DNA of 64,000 bases from a virus, in the IMG/VR virus record IMGVR_UViG_3300026512_000006, positions 1-64,000 of that record; one strand, given 5' to 3'. Made by a program: the position numbers and the translations under genes. Under the pieces are notes generated by a model. It was given only the letters and a program-made list of their open reading frames with translations. It was not told the DNA's origin and searched no databases. This document shows positions 8,806 through 17,250 of the stretch, one piece after another (within the stretch, counting starts at the first letter, position 1; each line of letters starts with the position of its first letter).

Positions 8806-9057
8806 TTCTCACAATACTATATTTATTGTTCTCATCCGTTTTTCCTCTAACGGTTTGTCTAAAAGTATAGTTTCTCTTGAGTAGGGCTGGAAACATATAA
8901 AACAGAAGCCAAGCAGTTTTATTGAGTGTCAGACTATTCCTCTAGCAAAATAATATTTATCGTCTTCTATTTTCAATTAGACTAGCTATAATTATCATCT
9001 ATAGCAAAGAGCATACTTATTATTTAATCGACATATTAGTATACAAATATTGTCCAT

Positions 9058-9079
9058 AAGATACTCCGAAGAGTACCTT
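9058..9079 (-). terminator. stem-loop with UUCG tetraloop just after the JAMM gene stop
   Basis: Minus strand AAGGUACUC-UUCG-GAGUAUCUU (9 bp incl. one G-U). No clear U-tract, so it may be a stabiliser rather than a terminator. Confidence 0.35.
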
Positions 9080-9088
9080 AGGACAGTA

Positions 9089-10294
9089 TTAGTAACGAAA
9101 TAATGTATCTTCGTAGCTGTAGGTAATTTTTTCATCGATTTTAGTGTATTCTTCTTCTTGAAGCCATAAAATATCTTGTAAGTATAAGATATTTTTTATC
9201 GGGTTTATGGAAGTTAAAACATATTCATCTACTACGCATTCAAGATCTTTTAAAATCATTTTTAATTTTTCTTTAGACATTTTCTTTAATTCTTTTTCAG
9301 TATATAAAGAGATAGTATATTCTTCTTGAATTGCAGCAGCTATTGCTTTATATTCTAAAGAGGTAGGTGCTGGTATTTTTGTTATCGGTTTACTGAAAGA
9401 TTTAGTAGAGTTTATTTCGTAGTTATACTTTGAAATAAATGATTTTTCTTCTAAGTTTTCTTCTTTAACAAATTGAGTAGATGCATTGTATTTCAGCTTT
9501 TTAAAAAGTTCTCTAATATTATTTACTAATGTATTTATAGGAATATTATCCGCTACAGTGTAAGATAAATCGACAGGAACTACTCCTAAAAGTTTTTCTA
9601 CTTCTGAAGGATTTGTTGTTTCAGCATGAATTATTGAAGCACATCTATTCTTATGGTAAGTTATAGTATTAGATGTAGTTGTATTAGCTAGGCGATACTC
9701 TGTATGACAAATTTCTGTTCTATCTGATTTGTGTAACATAATGGAGCTAAATGATGGTTTTTGAAAATCTTTTTCTATTTCTGCTAAAGGAAAACAAATA
9801 CCTGGATCAGGGAATGTTGTAGATAAGTCAGTGCCACTAAATGTTGCCAAGTTACCAGGATGGCGATGTATTGTGCCAAGGTTCACAGATATCCATTCAA
9901 AAGATGCTGAAGGGAACTGTGCTTTTAGTTTGGTGCCAAATGTGGATTTTGTTAATTCATTAACTTTAGTGTTGTGAATTATTTTTAAGGAGTCACTCAT
10001 AGTATCAACATCTTTAAGATTGAAATCAATAGCTGCTGAACTTACAGTTTGTTTATAATTAAAATAGACTGTTGGTATTGCTATATCAATTATAGAACCA
10101 TCTTTAAATGTAAATCTACCATTGAGAAACCAGTAGTGTACTTGGTATTCATTGTGATGTGTAAGTGGTCCTGAATTAGTGGTGATAGCATTAATATCCA
10201 AATCTTTAAATAGAATTATACCTAAATTTTTAGTGTTAGTGTAATCTTCAATTGTTGGTAAGGTTATTGCGGTTGGTAGTACAAGTTTTTTCAT
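9089..10294 (-). CDS. JAB/JAMM (MPN+) metallopeptidase domain protein (401 aa)
   Basis: HRHPGNLATFSGTD = H-x-H-x7-S-x2-D JAMM signature at ~aa 154-167; AAGGAG SD; long C-terminal extension with a coiled coil. Confidence 0.7.
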   Translation of the reverse strand: MKKLVLPTAITLPTIEDYTNTKNLGIILFKDLDINAITTNSGPLTHHNEYQVHYWFLNGRFTFKDGSIIDIAIPTVYFNYKQTVSSAAIDFNLKDVDTMSDSLKIIHNTKVNELTKSTFGTKLKAQFPSASFEWISVNLGTIHRHPGNLATFSGTDLSTTFPDPGICFPLAEIEKDFQKPSFSSIMLHKSDRTEICHTEYRLANTTTSNTITYHKNRCASIIHAETTNPSEVEKLLGVVPVDLSYTVADNIPINTLVNNIRELFKKLKYNASTQFVKEENLEEKSFISKYNYEINSTKSFSKPITKIPAPTSLEYKAIAAAIQEEYTISLYTEKELKKMSKEKLKMILKDLECVVDEYVLTSINPIKNILYLQDILWLQEEEYTKIDEKITYSYEDTLFRY

Positions 10295-11366
10295 TTGGTA
10301 TCTCCTTAATTATGTTTGCTCTAATATATATTTCTAAAGATTTATCGACACATGCTGCTGCGTATGTTAGTGCTCCAGTGTGCATTATCCTATGAGTATA
10401 TGGAGAGGACGCATTTGAATGTGTTAGTGTTCTTATACCCTTTAGAGTCTTATTATCTAATGAACCTGTACATACTGATCTAAATACTATTTTGGGGAAT
10501 TCACAAGAAGTATTTACCCATTCATCTAGGCCAATAGTACAGTTTGAAGATATGTTACAAGACCACATAGGAGTAAGGTAGGTACCAGAGGTAGTATTAC
10601 CTAGTTTTATTAGTGATGTTCCGTAATAAGGCATGATAATGCCTTTTGTAAGGATTTGATGTGCAACTATATAGCATTCTTCATCAGGATACTCACCAGG
10701 TACTTTATTAATTTTATAATTTAAATTTGAAGTATTATCTTCAGGTAAACGTTGTATTTTTGTAGGAACTGTATTTGTAAATATTAGTAATTGATTATTG
10801 ATATTTTTATCTATTCTATCTTTACATGCTCTATGTTCTTCATATTTTTCAAATAAATTTTCTTTTTCTTCTATTGAACTATACGCATAAATTACAAGTT
10901 TAAAAATAGTCTTAGAAGTTAGTTCATTTGCAGATAGAAGACTCATAGCAGTTAATGGATGTAATGGATTTAATATTGTTTTATCATCAATTAATAGAGC
11001 GCCATAAAATCTTTCTTCTAGAGATACTTTAATTTTATTAATCTTATTTAGACATTCTTTAATTGTGCCTGCTTTATTTATAGTTATAATTGTAGAAGTT
11101 ATATTATTCATAGCAATATCGTAGTGTTCAGCAGAAAGTAAATTATTAGGATTTCTATCTTTAGCTACTATTCTATTTTCATTTAATAGTTCTTGGAATG
11201 CTTTAGTTTTAGGTATTGTTCTGAAACAAACATTACCATCTTTAAAAGTATCATCCGGGTATTCTAATAAAAAATCTATATCGATTGAATCTTTATATTT
11301 TGCTGATTCTTTAAATAATGTTGATTGTAGAACAGTGTTATGACTAAGTGCTGTTAAAGTGCTCAT
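10248..11366 (-). CDS. Cys-rich hypothetical protein (372 aa) between the E1-like and JAMM genes
   Basis: ORF track; ATGA overlap with the E1-like gene and 47-nt overlap with the JAMM gene; 10 Cys. The segment YPDDTFKDGNVCFRTI is only faintly E2-like. Confidence 0.6.
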   Translation of the reverse strand: MSTLTALSHNTVLQSTLFKESAKYKDSIDIDFLLEYPDDTFKDGNVCFRTIPKTKAFQELLNENRIVAKDRNPNNLLSAEHYDIAMNNITSTIITINKAGTIKECLNKINKIKVSLEERFYGALLIDDKTILNPLHPLTAMSLLSANELTSKTIFKLVIYAYSSIEEKENLFEKYEEHRACKDRIDKNINNQLLIFTNTVPTKIQRLPEDNTSNLNYKINKVPGEYPDEECYIVAHQILTKGIIMPYYGTSLIKLGNTTSGTYLTPMWSCNISSNCTIGLDEWVNTSCEFPKIVFRSVCTGSLDNKTLKGIRTLTHSNASSPYTHRIMHTGALTYAAACVDKSLEIYIRANIIKEIPNEKTCTTNRNNLTNN

Positions 11367-12364
11367 AAAGTTACTCCGGTTTCTGGTGTTATTAGGCCAT
11401 CATGGTTTAGTTGGAATGCGTAGTTTCTATCTGCTTTACGAACTGCGGTGCCGTCAAAGCTGAACTCTAATAATTCTTTATTTTGTTCTAAAGGATCGAA
11501 TGAAGGATCTGCTAATATTTCTAAGAATCCTATAGCCATACGTAGCTGGTTCATGAAGAAATTACTTAGTTGAATTACCCCATAAGATTCTACTTGTAAT
11601 GAAGTATCTTGAATAGGATTTAGATGTAAACTACATGAAGCATTACCATGAGTTGCTGAAATGAAACCGCCAAGTTTTGATAAAGATATTCTAGTTTCAA
11701 TATTTGGTGCTCCGTAGAATATATGTTGTTTATCCTTATTTAGTGTTCCATAATAGTCTCTCCAATAATGTCTGTTAGTTGTTGTTTTGTAAGATAGTCT
11801 AGTTAATTCATCTTCTAATAATTCTAGTTTGTGATTGTACCCAAGTGTTGCACTAGGATTTTTAGGAAATCTTATTAGGTTACTTACATCGATGTAGTCA
11901 TCCTCATAAATTACTGACTCATTAAATATATTAATTACATTAGTAAATTTAGATATTTCACTTAACCAATGTAATGTATTTACATTTGTACCTCCATAAC
12001 CTATAAAGCTAACTGAGTATTTAGCTGTTTTTACTTTTTTTAATAAAGTAGTTAAGTCTTTTTTTGTATACCCTAGTATTAGACATAATTGCTCAGTTGG
12101 AATTTGTTTTACATTAAATGTAGATGCAAACCATGGTGATATAGCGCATGCTGTTTTAGGTAAGTTAGCTTGTTCTTTAGCATAATTCATATTTAAATTA
12201 GAGGAAACAAATAATCTAGGTACAAATGAATCAATTACTGGATTTAATTTTCCTTCTACAGGTCTTTCATACATTGCGTATCTTGTTCTTATTTGATTTA
12301 TTAAATATTCAGTAAAATCTACGTAGTATGTTCGTGGAGTTGACCATTCTTGTTCTGTGTTCAT
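11363..12364 (-). CDS. ThiF/MoeB/E1-like adenylyltransferase (333 aa)
   Basis: VSFIGYGGTNVNTLHWL (GxGGxG Rossmann) followed by VIYEDDYIDVSNLIRF (D-x-D...SNL-x-R), the E1-superfamily nucleotide-binding signature. A ~115-aa N-terminal extension precedes it. Confidence 0.7.
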   Translation of the reverse strand: MNTEQEWSTPRTYYVDFTEYLINQIRTRYAMYERPVEGKLNPVIDSFVPRLFVSSNLNMNYAKEQANLPKTACAISPWFASTFNVKQIPTEQLCLILGYTKKDLTTLLKKVKTAKYSVSFIGYGGTNVNTLHWLSEISKFTNVINIFNESVIYEDDYIDVSNLIRFPKNPSATLGYNHKLELLEDELTRLSYKTTTNRHYWRDYYGTLNKDKQHIFYGAPNIETRISLSKLGGFISATHGNASCSLHLNPIQDTSLQVESYGVIQLSNFFMNQLRMAIGFLEILADPSFDPLEQNKELLEFSFDGTAVRKADRNYAFQLNHDGLITPETGVTL

Positions 12365-12443
12365 GTTGTTTTCCTATGTTAATAAATGTTTAATTTAGTG
12401 TGACTAAGTAAGACCTCCTGAGAGGCCTTTATAGACAAACTAG

Positions 12444-12560
12444 TTAGATACCTGATTTTGATGAAGTCTGTAAAGATGCTCCACTTGATTGAGTTACTGA
12501 TGTATTTTCTGTAGTATCTGTGCCTGCAATTGCTGCTGCGATTTCTTCTGCTAATGTCAT
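12444..12560 (-). CDS. 38-aa peptide ORF (not in ORF track): MTLAEEIAAAIAGTDTTENTSVTQSSGASLQTSSKSGI
   Basis: ATG 2 nt after the stop of the 85-aa ORF, with a GGAGA SD inside that ORF's end. Helical N-terminal half, Ser/Thr-rich C-terminal half. Lies directly upstream of the E1-like gene. Confidence 0.4.
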   Translation of the reverse strand: MTLAEEIAAAIAGTDTTENTSVTQSSGASLQTSSKSGI

Positions 12561-12562
12561 AG

Positions 12563-12820
12563 TTATTCTCCTTTTTCTTCGTCTGGTTTAATATTTACTG
12601 GAATATCTACTTCTACAGTGCCTTCAAGTTTGAATACATTAATAGCTGCAGTTGAGCATGCAAGAGCTTTTACTTGTTTTAGAAGTTCTTTTTTAGTCAT
12701 ACGTTTAGTAATAATCTTACCATTAATTTCTAGTACATATTTACCTGGTTTAGCAGTACGCTGTTTTTTAGCGGATAGTTCTGTTAAGAGTTGATCGATT
12801 AGTGATGTTGGTTTAGACAT
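12563..12820 (-). CDS. hypothetical protein (85 aa), possible beta-grasp-like; ends ...EEKGE
   Basis: ORF track; first gene of the coupled block. The pattern KYVLEINGKIITK-helix-INVFKLEGTVEV is compatible with a small beta-alpha-beta fold (inference). Confidence 0.55.
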   Translation of the reverse strand: MSKPTSLIDQLLTELSAKKQRTAKPGKYVLEINGKIITKRMTKKELLKQVKALACSTAAINVFKLEGTVEVDIPVNIKPDEEKGE

Positions 12821-12875
12821 GAATGTCTCCTGTATTGATTTATGAGAGGAATCTCTCTACAAAGTAATATTGCTA

Positions 12876-13139
12876 TTACTTTATAGAAGTATTCTTTTTT
12901 AGTAGTAGTTTATACTTATTTTGTAATTGTTTAGCATATTTAATCTCTGCATTTGCTTGGTGTACTTTAATATTTGTATTAGTTATTGAAGTAGTTATTT
13001 TAGAAGTATAAATTACAGATGTTACACTGCCTCCTATAGCAAAGCCTAGGAGTATAGTAGTGGGTATTAATGTAAGCATGCAGGAAGACATTTCTTTTTT
13101 GAGAAGATGCTCATGTTGCTCTATAGTCAGTACATTCAT
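12876..13139 (-). CDS. hypothetical membrane protein (87 aa)
   Basis: ORF track; one TM helix (MLTLIPTTILLGFAIGGSVTSVIY). Confidence 0.55.
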   Translation of the reverse strand: MNVLTIEQHEHLLKKEMSSCMLTLIPTTILLGFAIGGSVTSVIYTSKITTSITNTNIKVHQANAEIKYAKQLQNKYKLLLKKNTSIK

Positions 13140-13141
13140 AG

Positions 13142-13348
13142 TTAAGGTTCTAAACGTAGATAATGCCCAGTATCTTCAACTACTTTGACTCTATTATTTA
13201 ATGCATCTGTTATATGTGATATATCATTTACCCATGCCATACATTTAGTTGTAATGCATTTATACTTTAAATCTATTTCTTGATAATCCATAATTGCTAC
13301 AGATGTAATGAATGGACATATTTTAGTTCTTGCTATTGCTTCTTTCAT
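13142..13348 (-). CDS. hypothetical Cys-containing protein (68 aa)
   Basis: ORF track; four Cys (KICPF...KYKCITTKCMAW). Confidence 0.5.
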   Translation of the reverse strand: MKEAIARTKICPFITSVAIMDYQEIDLKYKCITTKCMAWVNDISHITDALNNRVKVVEDTGHYLRLEP

Positions 13349-13371
13349 GAATTTCCTTTAGTTGTAGTATA

Positions 13372-13459
13372 TTATCAATGCAACCTACTATATTTTATAG
13401 GAGAAAATATGTTAGTGTAGGAGGACTAAATTAGTTTGATTAGTAGGCTGCATTGATAA
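13372..13459 (-). repeat. 19-bp inverted repeat (arms 13372-13390 / 13441-13459) with a 50-nt loop
   Basis: TTATCAATGCAACCTACTA vs the reverse complement of TAGTAGGCTGCATTGATAA: one mismatch, which is a G-U pair only in minus-strand RNA. Confidence 0.6.
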
Positions 13460-13596
13460 TACAGGTGTTGAAGAGACTTATGCGTGAGCTGCTCTTCTAT
13501 TTAGTAGTTGTATAGGGGGTTTAATCCCGCATCGTCTTTTGTAAACAATGTAAATCCTTGTTGTGAGGTATTCCCCTCACTAAAGGAGAATTAATA

Positions 13597-13860
13597 TTAA
13601 AAATCAGTTGCAGGAATAGGTTCTTTGTCTTCTGTTAGGTCAGTAATTACGCATGATACATAATCATTCCCTAATAAGTCTGGTAGAACTTCTGCTGCTT
13701 GTGCTGCTGTTACTTCTGATGCATTTTGTACACCAAATACTTTACGTGCAAAATCGTCTGTGATATGACTCCAACTAACTGTAGCTTGTGTCTTGTTAGA
13801 TACTAAACGTGCTACAAATTGATTTTTATTTTTGGTTGTTTGTTGACTATTAAATGCCAT
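13597..13860 (-). CDS. small abundant-type protein, paralog family A (87 aa), acidic-aromatic C-terminus ...EPIPATDF
   Basis: ORF track; near-identical N-terminus to 21680-21940 (MAFNS..T.KNKNQFVAR.VS); AAGGAG SD. Confidence 0.7.
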   Translation of the reverse strand: MAFNSQQTTKNKNQFVARLVSNKTQATVSWSHITDDFARKVFGVQNASEVTAAQAAEVLPDLLGNDYVSCVITDLTEDKEPIPATDF

Positions 13861-13947
13861 TAATGCTCCTTATGCCCTATGGGTCTTTTTATTTGTAGAG
13901 GAGTAATGCCTCATTGCCTCCAGTTTAAAGACGTTAGTGGTCTTAGA

Positions 13948-14193
13948 TTACTTTTTAAAGCAGAATACTGCTGGAGAAGAATTTTCGTTTGATGATGCCA
14001 TTACTACTAGGCATTTGTTACCGTTAGTAGTTGTCCATTCATATACTCGTGGATTAAAACCCGGTGTTTCTACTGTGTAAGCTGCTTGAGGTTTAATAGT
14101 CTTTGAAGGGCCTGTTGCGACTGACCATAGACCTGCGTGTGCTGTAAATGTTAGCATACACAATGCTGTTAGAGATAGTATTAATTTTTTCAT
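13948..14193 (-). CDS. secreted small protein (81 aa)
   Basis: N-terminal signal peptide MKKLILSLTALCMLTFTAHA. Confidence 0.6.
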   Translation of the reverse strand: MKKLILSLTALCMLTFTAHAGLWSVATGPSKTIKPQAAYTVETPGFNPRVYEWTTTNGNKCLVVMASSNENSSPAVFCFKK

Positions 14194-14205
14194 TTAGATT
14201 CCTTT

Positions 14206-14442
14206 TTATTTTATTGGTGCCTTATCATAATGATAAATATCATATGTTGGGGCTCTATAATCGTACATTACGTTAGGAGCGGGTGTTGTTTGAGTAGGGT
14301 AATATTTCGGTTGTTTGAGTTGTTGTTCTACTTTGTAAGACTGATAAGTAGTATCCCACGGATTAGTAGAAGGTAGATTATCTTGAAAGTTTGATGCGTA
14401 AGTTAAACTCACTAAACTTAATAATAATAGTAATTTATACAT
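14206..14442 (-). CDS. secreted small protein (78 aa)
   Basis: Signal-peptide-like MYKLLLLLSLVSLTYAS. Confidence 0.55.
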   Translation of the reverse strand: MYKLLLLLSLVSLTYASNFQDNLPSTNPWDTTYQSYKVEQQLKQPKYYPTQTTPAPNVMYDYRAPTYDIYHYDKAPIK

Positions 14443-14872
14443 TAGGAGCCTTTATAGGAGGATAATAGCTAGCGCCTTTACCTGCCATTTTATGAGTGTA
14501 TTCGTGGCAATCTCTGCATAGAGTTGTTAAATCCTCTGTATGTTCATTACCTAGATTTTTATAAGTTATATGGTGTACTTCAATAGTATCTGAGTTACCA
14601 CACATTCTACATTGGTAATGATCAGAATGCAATACATTTTTTCTAGCTTGATTTTCTTTCCATTTAGATGATTTTATATAAGTTTGATAATCTATCATAT
14701 CTTTAGGTTCTGTGTATATGTATTCTTGTTTATTATTACGTAATTCATACATATACTCTTGGAATTCATTTTTAGTTACTTCGTTAGAAATGTTGGTTGG
14801 AGTTGGAGCAGTGCCTATATTATATAGTATGAAAGCTATGAATGCAATTATTGCAATAGTTGTAAACATCAA
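14435..14872 (-). CDS. HNH endonuclease with N-terminal transmembrane helix (145 aa)
   Basis: CRMCGNSDTIEVHHITYKNLGNEHTEDLTTLCRDCHEYTH HNH/zinc motif; N-terminal MMFTTIAIIAFIAFILYNIG. Confidence 0.75.
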   Translation of the reverse strand: MMFTTIAIIAFIAFILYNIGTAPTPTNISNEVTKNEFQEYMYELRNNKQEYIYTEPKDMIDYQTYIKSSKWKENQARKNVLHSDHYQCRMCGNSDTIEVHHITYKNLGNEHTEDLTTLCRDCHEYTHKMAGKGASYYPPIKAPNV

Positions 14873-15126
14873 TTTCCTTTAATGGGTTTTGGCATTTTAT
14901 GTACTCTACGTGTCAAAATGAGTTTTATCTTGTAGAAGAAGCCTTGGCGTCTAGCTGTTCTCCAAGTGAGTTGTCTTAAAGAATATGGCTTTTTTCTATG
15001 AGAAGAAGTATAATAATTACCTAGGAATTTAAAGGTAATTGTATATTGGCGTAATTCAAATAATACAATACCTTCTTCGTATGCTTGAAGACGATTAGAT
15101 TGTCCGTTGATACTAATATTTTTCAT
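14869..15126 (-). CDS. hypothetical basic protein (85 aa)
   Basis: ORF track; overlaps both neighbours by a few nt. Confidence 0.45.
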   Translation of the reverse strand: MKNISINGQSNRLQAYEEGIVLFELRQYTITFKFLGNYYTSSHRKKPYSLRQLTWRTARRQGFFYKIKLILTRRVHKMPKPIKGN

Positions 15127-15748
15127 GTTTTGCCTTTAATGTTTGTACAAATTCTAATGGAGCAATATTGTCCCAATCTCCTTTTTGTTGTAAATATCTA
15201 TAATGGTTGTCAAATTCATCCCCAAATGTTTCTTTAAAGCATAAAGCTCCATATCTACCAATGTAGTATTCATTACAATTATTATCCCAAAACACACATA
15301 ACTCGGTATATTTAGGTTTCCATAATTCAACATTATCTATCCTGTAGTGTTCAGATGTACTAGAATGTACATAAGTAGCATCTATAGCATTTATTTGTAT
15401 TATTATAGAATAACCTTTTCTTTGTACCCAATCACCGACTTTAAATTCAGGTTCTTCTGGTTTTATACGTATATTTTTGGTATTAAACCAAGTATCTAAT
15501 TTACGGTAATGCGTAGACCAAGTTTTACCATCATCTTCTGTATATTGTAATTCCTTGCCATCTACTAATGCTTTTCTAAATTCAGCATATTTATCGTTTT
15601 GTACATAAAAGTAATCTTTACACCAGTTAGGTGTATTGTCTATATGCCATTCACTGTAGGGAGTCTTTTTTTTCCATACACCTTTAGTTGGATTATCAAC
15701 AAACCATTTTATAACTTCTTTATGTTTTTCAACTTGTTCTATTGTCAT
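15113..15748 (-). CDS. Trp-rich paralog family B protein (211 aa)
   Basis: The N-terminal 100 aa are ~80% identical to 15798-16133 (EQVEKH..VIKWFVDNP.KGVW.K.TP...IDNTPNW...YVQNDKYAEFRKALVDGKELQYT). Confidence 0.65.
   Translation of the reverse strand: MTIEQVEKHKEVIKWFVDNPTKGVWKKKTPYSEWHIDNTPNWCKDYFYVQNDKYAEFRKALVDGKELQYTEDDGKTWSTHYRKLDTWFNTKNIRIKPEEPEFKVGDWVQRKGYSIIIQINAIDATYVHSSTSEHYRIDNVELWKPKYTELCVFWDNNCNEYYIGRYGALCFKETFGDEFDNHYRYLQQKGDWDNIAPLEFVQTLKAKHEKY
15541..15608. repeat. 68-nt exact duplicate of 15926-15993
   Basis: Identical string tatattgtaattccttgccatctactaatgcttttctaaattcagcatatttatcgttttgtacataa in both paralogs. Confidence 0.9.
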
Positions 15749-15797
15749 TATTTTTTCCTCATTTTTTAATATTTATTTATAAATTTTAAAAATAATA

Positions 15798-16133
15798 TTA
15801 TCTATAATATGCCCAGTCATTAATTTCAAATCTAAGTTCTTCTGGTTTTATGCGAATATTTTCAGGAGTATAAAAAGTATTTAATTTATTATAATTAGTA
15901 AACCAAGTCTTACCATTATTTATTGTATATTGTAATTCCTTGCCATCTACTAATGCTTTTCTAAATTCAGCATATTTATCGTTTTGTACATAAGTATAAT
16001 CTTCGTACCAATTAGGTGTGTTATCTATATACCAGTCATTAGTAGGAGTATCTTTTCTCCATACTCCTTTATCAGGATTATCCACGAACCATTTGATTAC
16101 TGTACCATGTTTTTCTACTTGTTCTTTAGTCAT
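15798..16133 (-). CDS. Trp-rich paralog family B protein (111 aa)
   Basis: See 15113-15748; carries the second copy of the 68-nt exact repeat (15926-15993). Confidence 0.65.
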   Translation of the reverse strand: MTKEQVEKHGTVIKWFVDNPDKGVWRKDTPTNDWYIDNTPNWYEDYTYVQNDKYAEFRKALVDGKELQYTINNGKTWFTNYNKLNTFYTPENIRIKPEELRFEINDWAYYR

Positions 16134-16150
16134 GTAATATCCTTTTAACT

Positions 16151-16549
16151 TTATCTATATTGTTTTAAAATAGCGAGTATTTTATCTTGATTAGGTAAGA
16201 TTGGATTGCCTATATGTTTAATATACCATTTTAATGATTTTTCAATTTCATTTAATTGGCTTATGCTAAACCAGCGGTCTAATTCACATAAACCAAATTC
16301 ATATAATTCAGAGGTTATTTCATAAATATGGTCTATTGGTATGAATAATTCGTCGTTAAAAAATGCTAAAGCTTCTTCGAGTGTTTTCACTTTAACTACT
16401 TTACTGTTTTTCATAATTACTTTATAAAATAAAGTATTATTTGCCAAATTTGCTCCTAGTAAAATTTCTTTATTATTTTTCGCAGCAAGTACAGTAGTAC
16501 AGTTAATTCTGTATTCAACCATATTATTTAATATTTCTTCTCTAGTCAT
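16151..16549 (-). CDS. hypothetical protein (132 aa)
   Basis: ORF track. Confidence 0.6.
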   Translation of the reverse strand: MTREEILNNMVEYRINCTTVLAAKNNKEILLGANLANNTLFYKVIMKNSKVVKVKTLEEALAFFNDELFIPIDHIYEITSELYEFGLCELDRWFSISQLNEIEKSLKWYIKHIGNPILPNQDKILAILKQYR

Positions 16550-16563
16550 TATTTATCCTTGTT

Positions 16564-16932
16564 TTAAAATCCATTCACAAGCTTTAAAACAGCTTCTGGT
16601 TCTGTATTTTCTACAAATGTATCTACTTTATCTAAAAATATGTTTAAAGCTACATAATCCTTATGATAAATTATCTGAATAGCTTTATTGTGGTGTTGAA
16701 TAGCCCATTCTTTACACTTATGAACTAATTCATAAAGATTGAAATATCTTAAATGAGTACTTTTTTGATCTTGATATTTAAAATTTAAATAAGTTCCGTC
16801 ATAGTCACTCGTAATATTTACAACTCTTGTAATTCCTAATTCATTTATAGATTTAGAAATAGGAATGCCTGTAATTACACTTAATAATTTTTTACTTGGT
16901 AATACCATTATAACCTCCTTAACAATAGTCAC
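16564..16932 (-). CDS. hypothetical protein (122 aa)
   Basis: ORF track. Confidence 0.6.
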   Translation of the reverse strand: MTIVKEVIMVLPSKKLLSVITGIPISKSINELGITRVVNITSDYDGTYLNFKYQDQKSTHLRYFNLYELVHKCKEWAIQHHNKAIQIIYHKDYVALNIFLDKVDTFVENTEPEAVLKLVNGF

Positions 16933-17007
16933 TAAATCTAATAAGACTTTTTACTTTCTTAACGATTATTTGTGCATAGCTAGCTTTTTACATATTCCAT
17001 TTAAACT

Positions 17008-17193
17008 TTAGCGCTTTTTGTTTAATAATTTGGCAGCTGTTATATCCCAGTCATAGCTCTGTAATCCTTTAAGGGCTTGTGCAAACTCGCCTACTGATAT
17101 ATCTTCTGATACACTAAGACGATTTAAAGCATATTCCCAATCAGTTCGTAACTTATATTCTATATAAGCATCTTCTTTTGCTTCTTGTTTCAT
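17008..17193 (-). CDS. hypothetical protein (61 aa)
   Basis: ORF track. Confidence 0.5.
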   Translation of the reverse strand: MKQEAKEDAYIEYKLRTDWEYALNRLSVSEDISVGEFAQALKGLQSYDWDITAAKLLNKKR

Positions 17194-17250
17194 TTCTTCT
17201 CTAATTTCTCTAGGTATTATTTTGTTCCCCTTTATATAATTATATATCTA

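Noticed and set aside
8015-8884. Plus-strand ORFs 8015-8251 and 8675-8884
   Set aside because: They are antisense to better-supported minus-strand genes or intergenic DNA, start at non-ATG codons, have hydrophobic low-complexity sequences, and lack SDs.
10248-10294. Programmed frameshift fusing the 372-aa ORF to the JAMM ORF across their 47-nt overlap
   Set aside because: The JAMM ORF has its own strong AAGGAG SD and ATG inside the overlap, and no slippery heptamer was evident. Independent initiation is the simpler reading.
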